DNA of 45,073 nucleotides from an uncultured Dehalococcoidia bacterium (lineage in GTDB: Bacteria > Chloroflexota > Dehalococcoidia > Lucifugimonadales > Australimonadaceae), in contig CAYMJY010000004.1 in NCBI GenBank assembly GCA_964391355.1, positions 1 through 45,073 of the forward strand, written 5' to 3'. The notes below the pieces were generated by a model. It was not told the DNA's origin, made no database searches, and saw only the letters and a program-made list of their open reading frames with translations. Position numbers and translations under genes: made by a program. Of the stretch, positions 1 to 9,846 are shown piece after piece (position 1 is the first letter of the stretch; the number at the start of each line of letters is the position of its first letter).

Positions 1-787
<787 letters not shown>

Positions 788-880
788 AGGATCCTAAGAT
801 CCTTTAGTGTTTGACCTAACTAAATATATAAAACTATCCGTCTCTCAAAGAGACGGGGCGCCTTCCTTTCACTATTCACT

Positions 881-892
881 TGTTAACGTGCA
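881..892 (-). promoter_or_regulatory. rrn boxA antitermination element
   Basis: TGCACGTTAACA on the - strand matches E. coli boxA TGCTCTTTAACA at 10/12, and lies between the promoter and the 16S 5' end. Confidence 0.7.
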
Positions 893-902
893 AAAAACAG
901 AT

Positions 903-919
903 GCCCCTCAAATGGGGGC
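903..919 (-). promoter_or_regulatory. boxB-like hairpin in rRNA leader
   Basis: GCCCC-N7-GGGGC stem-loop just downstream of the predicted -10 and upstream of boxA. Confidence 0.5.
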
Positions 920-925
920 TTAAGC

Positions 926-954
926 ACGATAGCCCATTTAAGGCTTTCAGTCAA
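926..954 (-). promoter_or_regulatory. sigma70-type rRNA promoter
   Basis: TTGACT (954-949), 17 nt spacer, TATCGT (931-926) on the - strand. Confidence 0.75.
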
Positions 955-963
955 CATCCGTAG

Positions 964-1596
964 TCATAAGATCTGCCTAACAGAACCAACTTGAACAAGA
1001 TAATTCCATATTTCCTTTTGAACGAAATTTATTGACTTAGAGGAGTCAATTATTACGCATCTGCTAGATTCATTTGCTGCGACATGTCTGAATCCTGTGA
1101 AAACTCTCGAGTGAAAGCTTTCATTCATATCTTCGAAACGCCTTTCGTTAGATTCATTATCACGAGCTACACCTCTATTAAAAGCCTGTGCTGGTTCCAA
1201 ATCTAAGATAAATGTATGGTCGGGGTACACCCCCTGAGTAGCAATACTGTTAACCCTTTCAATAACCTCTAAAGGCAATTCATGCCCATATCCCTGGTAC
1301 GCTGTTGTTGAATCACAATAGCGATCCGCCACAACAATGGTGCCTTTGGCTAAAGCAGGCTTAATGATATTTCTAACTAATTCTGTTCTCGCTGCTGCAA
1401 AAGCTAATAATTCCGCCTGTGGAGAAATTTCCCTGCCTGTTTCTTTCAACCAAGCTCGTAGCAACTCCCCTAAATCAGTACCACCTGGTTCATGAACAAG
1501 TAGGACGCTCGAACCGTTACTTTCAAGCGTATCGGCGAGCAGCCGAGCTTGTGTTGTTTTACCGGTTCCATCGCCACCTTCAAATGATATGAACAT
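964..1596 (-). CDS. tmk: thymidylate kinase (dTMP kinase)
   Basis: FISFEGGDGTGKTTQ P-loop, EPGGT, DRYxDSTxAYQG. Start moved from 1635 to the ATG at 1596 (MFISFEG), 1 nt after the upstream stop. Confidence 0.95.
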   Translation of the reverse strand: MFISFEGGDGTGKTTQARLLADTLESNGSSVLLVHEPGGTDLGELLRAWLKETGREISPQAELLAFAAARTELVRNIIKPALAKGTIVVADRYCDSTTAYQGYGHELPLEVIERVNSIATQGVYPDHTFILDLEPAQAFNRGVARDNESNERRFEDMNESFHSRVFTGFRHVAANESSRCVIIDSSKSINFVQKEIWNYLVQVGSVRQIL

Positions 1597-1597
1597 A

Positions 1598-3196
1598 TTA
1601 TTCTCTGTGAATAGTGACGCGCCGAGATTGTCCACGCCCTATGCTGTAAGATTTCAAGTTTGAACGTTCAACAATTTTATGCTGGATTTTTCTAACAAAA
1701 GAGCTTTGAGGGCTTAGCTCAACGTCACCTTTTAATCCATCACTAATACTGCTTATCCCCTTTTGAGCCTCAAGCTCAGCAAGCTCCAAAACTCCTCCAA
1801 TCTCATTCACGTCGTTTGCTCTTGATGCCCAAAGGCTGAAAAAATAACTGATTTGCTCGACAGTATTCCTCCGCAATACGTGTACAGGTATCGACAATTT
1901 CTCTGCGCTTAGGAGTACATTGGGCCTTCGCCTATAATGAGCTTTAGTTGTAAGGACAAATTCCGATTTTTGAGGTTCATCAACTATCCCAACGCTGAAA
2001 CCCAACCGTAAAGCAACTTCCGTCAAACGTTGAGAATCCACTCCGAAAGGGAAGATTCGAACATTCTTATTTGTGGTTTTCTGAATAGTATTGAAGAAGG
2101 AGTCCATTCCCAGAGATTTTTTTGTATCACCGAACTTACTTAACGCTTGAGGGCTTTTCTTGTCATTGTTCTGCCTCTGATCATTTTTTGCTGATACCAC
2201 TATTCCATCAGAATTTATGGAGCGAATTTCAGGTTGAGTTTCATATCCCCTCAGAATTTTATCGACAGTCGTGGCAACGTCTAAATGGATGTTTACTTTT
2301 TCCCAGCTTTGTATTTCAACAAGAACGTCAAATGTAGGAGGTGATTGCCTTTCAAGGACAGTTTTTTGTGTAGCTCTTCTTCTTGCTTCATCATCACCAA
2401 GGGTAACTGCTTTTACACCACCTACTAGGTCTGAAAGTGTAGGATTTGCAATAAGGTTCTCTAACGTATTGCCATGAGCGGTAGCAATTAGTTGCACACC
2501 TCTCTCAGCAATCGTGCGAGCGGCTATTGCTTCTTGTTCTGTACCCATTTCGTCTATAACTATTACTTGCGGCATATGGTTTTCAACAGCCTCGATCATG
2601 ACTGAATGCTGCATTTCTGGAGTAGGGACCTGCAACCTCCTAGACCTACCTATTGCCGGATGAGGAATGTCTCCGTCTCCTGCTATTTCATTAGAAGTAT
2701 CAACTATTACTGTTCTTCTACTAGCATCATTGGCCAACATCCTTGCAACTTCTCTCAACATCGTGGTCTTACCTACGCCCGGGCGCCCTACTAATAAAAC
2801 ACTTCGCCCTTCTCGTACGATATCCTCGATTAGTTTTGCGGTGCCTTCAATAGCCCTCCCTATACGGCATGTCAATCCAATAATCACACCAGATCTATTT
2901 CTCAGAGCTGAAATTCTATGCAATGTGCGCTCTATCCCTGCTCTGTTATCAGCCCCAAATAAACCAATCTGTTTCGTAACGAAAGCGATGTCTTCTTGCG
3001 ATACTTCAATGTCTTCAAGAGTTATTGTGTCATCAGAAAACCGCAATTCAGGATTCCTTCCAAGGTCTAGAACAACCTCAAGAAGAATAGCATTCCCTTT
3101 TGTTGAATTGTTTTGGATATAACTAGGTAGTCGATGCAGTAGAATTTCTATTTCGTTATCTAGATTATCAGCTCTTAAATTTGAAATTTTAGTCAC
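1598..3196 (-). CDS. SpoIIIAA/Ycf45-like AAA ATPase with C-terminal R3H domain
   Basis: GRPGVGKT Walker A, IVIDE Walker B, DTSNEIAGDGDIPH family motif, C-terminal RKIQH (R-x3-H). Confidence 0.88.
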   Translation of the reverse strand: MTKISNLRADNLDNEIEILLHRLPSYIQNNSTKGNAILLEVVLDLGRNPELRFSDDTITLEDIEVSQEDIAFVTKQIGLFGADNRAGIERTLHRISALRNRSGVIIGLTCRIGRAIEGTAKLIEDIVREGRSVLLVGRPGVGKTTMLREVARMLANDASRRTVIVDTSNEIAGDGDIPHPAIGRSRRLQVPTPEMQHSVMIEAVENHMPQVIVIDEMGTEQEAIAARTIAERGVQLIATAHGNTLENLIANPTLSDLVGGVKAVTLGDDEARRRATQKTVLERQSPPTFDVLVEIQSWEKVNIHLDVATTVDKILRGYETQPEIRSINSDGIVVSAKNDQRQNNDKKSPQALSKFGDTKKSLGMDSFFNTIQKTTNKNVRIFPFGVDSQRLTEVALRLGFSVGIVDEPQKSEFVLTTKAHYRRRPNVLLSAEKLSIPVHVLRRNTVEQISYFFSLWASRANDVNEIGGVLELAELEAQKGISSISDGLKGDVELSPQSSFVRKIQHKIVERSNLKSYSIGRGQSRRVTIHRE

Positions 3197-3296
3197 TACG
3201 GTTAATACCTTGAGTTGCGTGTTTATCTATGGAGATGTCTATAAATACTAGATGCAACAACTGTTGGTTGAAAATCAGGTTCATGATTTACTTTTG

Positions 3297-3899
3297 TCAC
3301 CTATTTTGTTTCATTGACTCAATAGTCATTCGCACAAAATAATCGTGCACTCTGCAATCTTTAGTTAACTCAGGGTGAAATGCTGTCGCCAATAAATTAT
3401 TTTCACGCACCGCTACAATCGTATCGTCATCCAACCTCGATAGAACATCGACTCCGCTATTTGCTTTTACCACATATGGAGCCCTTATAAATATTGCTTC
3501 AAACATCCCGCCAGAAATACCAGTAAATTTGATTTTTGTAGAAAATGAATTAACTTGTCTGCCAAACGCATTTCTTTGCACTACAGTGTTCATCAATTTT
3601 AGTGGACTCGGTTCCGGTTCGATTAAGGAGCCTGCCAAAAGTATCATCCCCGCGCAGGTTCCCCAAACTGGCCTTCCATTTCCAGCAAACTCTATGATTG
3701 GTTGTCGAAGATCATAAACATCTAGGAGTTTTGCAATCGTAGTGCTCTCTCCTCCAGGAATGATCAAAGAATCAACTTCAGATAACTCTCGGCTATTTCT
3801 TACCTCTATAACATCAACTTTAAGGGCTTTTAAAAGATTCGAGTGCTCAAGAAAATCACCTTGTAAGGCTAGAATTCCAACAGAAGTGTTATTTGGCAA
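3297..3899 (-). CDS. pdxT: pyridoxal 5'-phosphate synthase glutaminase subunit
   Basis: LALQGDF, PGGESTT, GTCAGMI, FHPEL. Start placed at the TTG at 3899 (SD GAGG inside the pdxS 3' end) rather than 3920. Confidence 0.95.
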   Translation of the reverse strand: MPNNTSVGILALQGDFLEHSNLLKALKVDVIEVRNSRELSEVDSLIIPGGESTTIAKLLDVYDLRQPIIEFAGNGRPVWGTCAGMILLAGSLIEPEPSPLKLMNTVVQRNAFGRQVNSFSTKIKFTGISGGMFEAIFIRAPYVVKANSGVDVLSRLDDDTIVAVRENNLLATAFHPELTKDCRVHDYFVRMTIESMKQNR

Positions 3900-3900
3900 T

Positions 3901-4788
3901 CTACCAACCTCGTGTTGCAAGAAGTTCCTGAGGGTCTATCGAGCGAGCGCTAATTCCCACCATAGCTTCCCCTAAACCTCGAGATGCCTCAGCAATAAGG
4001 GAAGGGTCGTTGTAATTTGTAACAGCCTTTACCATAGCCTTACCTCGCGCTGAAGGATCACCAGACTTGAAAATTCCAGATCCTACAAAAACGCCGTCAG
4101 CGCCTAACTGCATCATGAGAGCAGCGTCCGCAGGAGTAGCGACGCCACCTGCAGCAAAATTAACTACCGGCACTCTCCCTATTCTTTTTACTTCTTGAAC
4201 CAATTCGATTGAGGCGCCAATGCTTTTGGCAAATGTCGTTAATTCTTCGTCAGGTAAATTTTGAAGCTGTCGGATTTGACCCTGTACCGTTCGCATATGC
4301 CGGACTGCTTCAACCACGTCCCCAGTTCCTGCTTCTCCTTTAGTACGAATCATTGCGGCACCTTCACCTATGCGCCTCAATGCTTCGCCAAGGTCCCTGC
4401 ACCCACATACGAAAGGCACTTTAAATGAATCTTTCCAAACATGGAAAGATTCATCAGCAGGAGTCAAAACTTCTGATTCGTCTATGAAATCAACGCCTAT
4501 AGATTCAAGTACTTGTGCCTCTACAAAATGACCTATACGGCATTTTGCCATCACAGGCACGCTGACAGATTTAATAATTTCATCGATTAATCCAGGATCA
4601 GACATTCGAGCTACCCCGCCATCTGCACGGATATCGGCAGGTACGCGTTCTAATGCCATTACAGCACAAGCACCCGCGTCTTCTGCAATGCGTGCGTGCT
4701 CTGCTGTAACGACATCCATGATGACGCCACCCTTTAGCATCTGAGCTAATCCAGACTTGACTTGAAATGTACCAGTTTGTTCTACCAT
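3901..4788 (-). CDS. pdxS: pyridoxal 5'-phosphate synthase lyase subunit
   Basis: [46 protein letters not shown]. Confidence 0.98.
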   Translation of the reverse strand: MVEQTGTFQVKSGLAQMLKGGVIMDVVTAEHARIAEDAGACAVMALERVPADIRADGGVARMSDPGLIDEIIKSVSVPVMAKCRIGHFVEAQVLESIGVDFIDESEVLTPADESFHVWKDSFKVPFVCGCRDLGEALRRIGEGAAMIRTKGEAGTGDVVEAVRHMRTVQGQIRQLQNLPDEELTTFAKSIGASIELVQEVKRIGRVPVVNFAAGGVATPADAALMMQLGADGVFVGSGIFKSGDPSARGKAMVKAVTNYNDPSLIAEASRGLGEAMVGISARSIDPQELLATRGW

Positions 4789-4939
4789 TTTGACACCATT
4801 CCGTGTTATGTACTCAAATTATATCCGATAAGTATTCGCCAGCAATGTTGTTAATAAACTACCCTTAAGTTGGTTTGTTAAAAAGTAGGATTTTGGCACA
4901 ATAAGCTTATGCTTTATGCTTACGGACGGAGTTGCAACA

Positions 4940-5560
4940 ATGATTTATGATCTTCGCACATACCAACTAAGACCGCGAGGTGCACCCGAATTTTCAAAGC
5001 GTTTGGAGGCAGGGTTATCTTTTCGTGAGAAATTTTCACCTCTTGGTGCTTATTTCAGTACTGAAGTTGGTACATTAAATGAGGTGGTCCATATTTGGCC
5101 TTACGAAAGTATTGCACACGCAGAGCAAGTTCGAGCTGAGCTGTCTAGATCCCCTAACCCTGATTGGCCACCTAAAGCTGATGATCTAATTCTTAGCATG
5201 AAGTCTGAATATCTTGCATCAACACCACTGATGCAGGAATGGGAAGGGCCCAGAAAATTGGGAGAGGTTTATGAACTCAGGATTTATACCTATCGTGCAG
5301 GTTCATTGCCCACAGTGGTTACTGAATGGGAGAAACTACTTCCAAAGCGCGAAGCCTACTCACCTATCGCTGGTGCATGGATTAATGCGCAAGGGTCCAA
5401 CAAGTTTTACCATCTTTGGCCGTATTCTAGCCTAGACCAACGGGCGAAAATTCGTTCTGAGTCAGTTGCTGCTGGAGATTGGCCTCCCAATACCTCAGAA
5501 ATCATGTTGCATCAAGAAAATAAAATCCTAATACCATCAAATTTTTCCCCCTTACATTAA
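4940..5560 (+). CDS. two-domain NIPSNAP family protein
   Basis: Tandem Y(D/E)LRxY...HxWxYxS..R repeats. The ATG at 4940 follows SD GGAG (the ORF track starts at 4916). Confidence 0.85.
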   Translation: MIYDLRTYQLRPRGAPEFSKRLEAGLSFREKFSPLGAYFSTEVGTLNEVVHIWPYESIAHAEQVRAELSRSPNPDWPPKADDLILSMKSEYLASTPLMQEWEGPRKLGEVYELRIYTYRAGSLPTVVTEWEKLLPKREAYSPIAGAWINAQGSNKFYHLWPYSSLDQRAKIRSESVAAGDWPPNTSEIMLHQENKILIPSNFSPLH

Positions 5561-5561
5561 A

Positions 5562-7259
5562 ATGCGTGCATCAAGATTCCTAACCAAAACACTTCGTGAA
5601 GTACCATCGGACACTGAGACAATTAGTCATCAGTTGATGGTGAGAACTGGCATGATCCAGCAAGTATCTGCAGGAATCTACTCTTATTTACCTTTAGCGC
5701 TTCGAGCATTACGGAAAATTGAAACCATAATTAGAGAGGAAATGGATAATGCAGGTGCAATCGAAGTACGAATGCCCGTTCTTCAACCAATAGAAATTTG
5801 GGAGCAAACAGGCAGAAGTAATACTGTCGGCCCAATATTGTTCAAACTTGAAGATCGACGGAATAGAGCCCTAGTATTAGGCCCTACTCATGAAGAAATA
5901 GTAACGGGAATAGCTAAATCAAATACCTCTTCTTACAGGGATCTCCCTAGGATCATTTATCAAATTCAAACCAAATTTAGAGATGAACCCAGACCTAGAG
6001 CAGGACTCCTTAGGGGCAGGGAATTTGATATGAAAGACGCATATTCATTTGACACAGATCAAGCTGGCTTAGATGTTTCATATCAACGTATGGTGGAGGC
6101 CTACGATAATATTTTCAGAAGATGTGAGCTGCCAACTATAAAAGTAGAAGCCGACTCTGGTGCAATTGGAGGCAAAGATTCACATGAATTTATTATGCCT
6201 GCCGAAAATGGTGAGGATCTGGTGATCACTTGCTCCAAGTGTGATTATGCTGCGAACGTAGAAAAAGCAAAATCAAATCCTCCGGCCTTTATTTCAAAAG
6301 AAATTGAACAAATGCAAAGAGTCTCCACTCCAAAACAAAGTACGATTGAGCAAGTTTCTTCATTTTTCAATGCCCCTACGGCTCAAACCATCAAGACTCT
6401 TATTTATAAAGCCGACAATACTTTATTACTTGTTGCTATCCGCGGTGACTTAGAAGTTAATGAAGTTAAACTATCCAATTACTTAACTGCAACCGATTTA
6501 CGCCTAGCTACCAAGGAAGAAGTTGATAATGCCAACCTTGTATCCGGTTATGTTTCTCCTATTGGATTAAATACAGAAATACGAACTATAGGCGATGAAT
6601 CCTTGCTTAAAAGCACTAATATGGTCGCTGGAGCAAATGATGACGGGTACCATTATACTGGGGTGAATTACCCAAGAGATTTCTCTTTGGATTCTGTGAC
6701 TGATATTGCACAAGCCGAAGAAGGACATCCTTGTCCTTTATGCCAAAACACCCTGAGAGCAATTAAGGGCATAGAAGTCGGCCACGTGTTTAAATTAGGC
6801 ACCTTTTACTCAGAATCAATTGGTGCAGCATTTTTGGACCAACATGGAGAACAAAGACCGATTGTGATGGGTTGCTATGGAATAGGGGTTACAAGAATTC
6901 TTGCTGCTGCAGTAGAGCAAAACCATGATGCTGAGGGTATCATTTTCCCCACGCCTATTTCCCCATACAGTGTTCACCTGATCGCGCTAAACACTGATGA
7001 TCAAAAAGTTCTCGACCATGCAGAAATTCTTTACTCAGAACTAATGGCAAATGGTACCGATATACTTTTTGATGATCGAAAGGAAACGCCCGGAGTTAAA
7101 TTAAAGGATGCTGATCTACTGGGGTTGCCTATTAGACTCATTATTAGCAAACGCACTCTAGAAAATAACACCGTCGAATTAAGAGATAGAAAAACTAAGG
7201 CTACTACCAACGTAGGGTTGGGTGAACTAGTACAAGTGATCAAAGATAGCTTGGGATAA
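5562..7259 (+). CDS. proS: proline--tRNA ligase (bacterial type with INS editing domain)
   Basis: LGPTHEE, QIQTKFRDEPRPRAGLLRGREFxMKDAYSF, GIEVGHVFKLG, MGCYGIG. Confidence 0.98.
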   Translation: MRASRFLTKTLREVPSDTETISHQLMVRTGMIQQVSAGIYSYLPLALRALRKIETIIREEMDNAGAIEVRMPVLQPIEIWEQTGRSNTVGPILFKLEDRRNRALVLGPTHEEIVTGIAKSNTSSYRDLPRIIYQIQTKFRDEPRPRAGLLRGREFDMKDAYSFDTDQAGLDVSYQRMVEAYDNIFRRCELPTIKVEADSGAIGGKDSHEFIMPAENGEDLVITCSKCDYAANVEKAKSNPPAFISKEIEQMQRVSTPKQSTIEQVSSFFNAPTAQTIKTLIYKADNTLLLVAIRGDLEVNEVKLSNYLTATDLRLATKEEVDNANLVSGYVSPIGLNTEIRTIGDESLLKSTNMVAGANDDGYHYTGVNYPRDFSLDSVTDIAQAEEGHPCPLCQNTLRAIKGIEVGHVFKLGTFYSESIGAAFLDQHGEQRPIVMGCYGIGVTRILAAAVEQNHDAEGIIFPTPISPYSVHLIALNTDDQKVLDHAEILYSELMANGTDILFDDRKETPGVKLKDADLLGLPIRLIISKRTLENNTVELRDRKTKATTNVGLGELVQVIKDSLG

Positions 7260-7268
7260 AAACTCGAC

Positions 7269-8615
7269 CTACCCCCCATAAAGACTTAATTTTCCTTTTT
7301 TAAAATGCTCAGGCCCTACATGGTCGTTAATTTTATCAAATAGCTCTAAATCCCATTCCCCTACAAACGTGATCGCGTTTCCTGGGCGGCCCATTCGAGC
7401 TGTACGCCCGATTCGGTGAAGGTAATCCTCAATACTGTCCGGGATATCATAATTGATGACATTCTCGACTGTAGGAATATCGATACCGCGAGAAGTCAAA
7501 TTAGTAGAGACTAGCAGTTTAACTTCACCGGACCTGAATTGGCTCATCACTTTATCTCGTTCTTTCTGATGCATTGCGCCATGAATACCGACAATCCTAT
7601 TGCCTTTGCTGCGAAGTATTTTTACAACTCTATCAACAGCAATCTGGGTTCTGCAGAACAACAACATTTGTTCCCCTTGATGAGATGCTAGAACTTCCGA
7701 CATGGCCTCTGGTTTGTCACGCTCTGCGACTTCATAGTATTGCTGATTAACCTCATCCACTGGCATTGCATCACGGCCCACTATTAACCATTGGGGGTCA
7801 TTTAGGTACGAATAAACTAGTCGTTTAATTTGCGTAGGGACTGTGGCCGTAAATAAACAAGTCTGGCGAGAACTAGGTATTCTACGCAAAATTCTGCGGA
7901 TATCAGGCAGAAAACCGATATCCAGCATCTGATCTGCTTCATCCAGAACTACAATTTTCGTAGATGTCAGAACTAAAGATCCCCGCATAATATGATCAAT
8001 AATTCTCCCAGGTGTTCCTACAACCACATGAGTCCCTCTAGAAAGTGAATTTATCTGAGGCCCAATCGCTGTACCACCGTAGACTGATAAAACTGAAACT
8101 TGGCTATACTTTGAAATTTTCGTCAATTCTGCAGAAACTTGGCGTGCCAATTCTCGAGTAGGAACCAAAACTAAAACTTGAACCTTTCTATTCTTTCTAT
8201 CCACCATGCTAAGGGCTGGTATGCCAAAACTTGCAGTTTTGCCTGTTCCTGTCTGGGCTTGTCCAACAATATCTGCCTTCTCCATAAATGGCTTAATAAC
8301 CAACTCTTGGATTTTTGTGGGTTCCGAATAACCCATATCTGTTACTGCACGTAAAATGGCTTTAGGTAAAGGTATATCTCCGAAATAGCTTCTACTCTCC
8401 TCAGAAAGTTGCATGCTATTTGTTCTGCTATTTGAAGAACTGGACCCATTATTTTTTCGATTGGATCTCAAATTCCTCTTTTTAAAATTACGAGGGCTTT
8501 CTTGAGCTTTTGGAGAAAAGGTTTCAGTTGAGAGGGGGGTTTTGGATACAGCAGAGCGTTGTTTTAGTATCCCAAGTGACCATATTAAAAAAGATTTGAA
8601 AGTTTTTCTGAACAT
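7269..8615 (-). CDS. DEAD-box ATP-dependent RNA helicase
   Basis: Q motif, AQTGTGKT, PTRELA, TPGR, DEAD, TAT, SRGID, HRIGRTAR. Start uncertain (alternative ATG at 8414). Confidence 0.93.
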   Translation of the reverse strand: MFRKTFKSFLIWSLGILKQRSAVSKTPLSTETFSPKAQESPRNFKKRNLRSNRKNNGSSSSNSRTNSMQLSEESRSYFGDIPLPKAILRAVTDMGYSEPTKIQELVIKPFMEKADIVGQAQTGTGKTASFGIPALSMVDRKNRKVQVLVLVPTRELARQVSAELTKISKYSQVSVLSVYGGTAIGPQINSLSRGTHVVVGTPGRIIDHIMRGSLVLTSTKIVVLDEADQMLDIGFLPDIRRILRRIPSSRQTCLFTATVPTQIKRLVYSYLNDPQWLIVGRDAMPVDEVNQQYYEVAERDKPEAMSEVLASHQGEQMLLFCRTQIAVDRVVKILRSKGNRIVGIHGAMHQKERDKVMSQFRSGEVKLLVSTNLTSRGIDIPTVENVINYDIPDSIEDYLHRIGRTARMGRPGNAITFVGEWDLELFDKINDHVGPEHFKKGKLSLYGG

Positions 8616-8684
8616 ATGTACGTTTTTACTAGGTCGAACTGAAGGGAATAATGTGATTCATTTAACTCGTCCCAGTAATTCTTT

Positions 8685-9818
8685 TTATGGTGCGACTACA
8701 GCGTCTACTTCTTCAATTAAAGCAGACATCATTTCTGAAGCTTCAACGACACGCACCTTTTTACCCTTTCGGAAAATTACAGCCCTGCCATTGCCAGCTG
8801 CTATACCTACATCTGCGTCTTTAGCTTCACCAGGTCCATTTACTTCGCAGCCCATAACAGCAACTTTGATTGGTGAGTCCTTACTTTTAAGTAATTGATC
8901 CACATCATTCGCTAATTTTCTAATATCAACGTCGGCTCTTCCACATGATGGGCATGCAACCATTTGTATGCCTTTCTTCCTCAAACCTAACGATTTTAAA
9001 ATTTCGTAGCCAACTTCAACTTCTTCTTTCGATTCATCGGCTAAAGAAACACGGATGGTGTCACCTAAGCCCTCATAAAGTAGAACCCCAAGTCCTATTG
9101 CACTTCTAATAGATCCACTACGAGCAGTTCCTGCTTCAGTAATGCCTAAATGTAATGGATATGGAACTAGGCGGGCGAGCTTCCTGTATGCTTCTACAGT
9201 TGTGTCCACATCAAAAGCTTTCATAGATATTTTTATTAGATCAAAATCTAAATCTTCCAAAATCCCGATTTCCCATAACGCGGTTGCGACCATATGGTCG
9301 ACCACAGAGATATCTTGACCGGAACCAGAAGCTTCTGCACCCTTCTCCAACTCGTTCACCCCATCATTATGTCGATGTTGCCCTCTGGTTTTTCCAATTG
9401 CTCCAACTGGTGGCAGTGAGCCGAAATTTACCCCGATTCGAATAGGCACATCTCTAGTTTTTGCTTCACGGACAATCTCTCGAACCTTATCAGCATCCCT
9501 AATATTTCCAGGGTTTAACCGGAGGCAATCCACCCCCTGGCGAAGAGATTCCAAAGCTAATTGGTGGTGAAAATGAATATCAGCTACTAACGGTATATGG
9601 ATAGATTTTTTAATCTCAGACAATGCATTTGCGGCCTCCATATCAGGAACAGCGCAACGGATTATTTCACAGCCCGCTTGCTCAAGCTCGAGTATCTGCG
9701 AAACAGTTGCCTTCACATCTCTAGTATCGGTTTTGGTCATTGATTGAACTGTTATTGGCGCGTCGCCCCCAACTTTAACGTTGCCAACATTTACTGCTTT
9801 GGTTACACGACGAGCCAT
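8685..9818 (-). CDS. ispG: (E)-4-hydroxy-3-methylbut-2-enyl-diphosphate synthase
   Basis: VQSMT, PLVADIHF, RLNPGNI, GDTIRVSL, CPSCGR and MGCEVNGPGE Fe-S ligands. Confidence 0.97.
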   Translation of the reverse strand: MARRVTKAVNVGNVKVGGDAPITVQSMTKTDTRDVKATVSQILELEQAGCEIIRCAVPDMEAANALSEIKKSIHIPLVADIHFHHQLALESLRQGVDCLRLNPGNIRDADKVREIVREAKTRDVPIRIGVNFGSLPPVGAIGKTRGQHRHNDGVNELEKGAEASGSGQDISVVDHMVATALWEIGILEDLDFDLIKISMKAFDVDTTVEAYRKLARLVPYPLHLGITEAGTARSGSIRSAIGLGVLLYEGLGDTIRVSLADESKEEVEVGYEILKSLGLRKKGIQMVACPSCGRADVDIRKLANDVDQLLKSKDSPIKVAVMGCEVNGPGEAKDADVGIAAGNGRAVIFRKGKKVRVVEASEMMSALIEEVDAVVAP

Positions 9819-9846
9819 AAAACCCCCGGTCCGCTCATAATTGTTT

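Noticed and set aside
3899-3920. Apparent 20-nt pdxS/pdxT overlap
   Set aside because: It disappears if the TTG at 3899, which has an SD, is the start.
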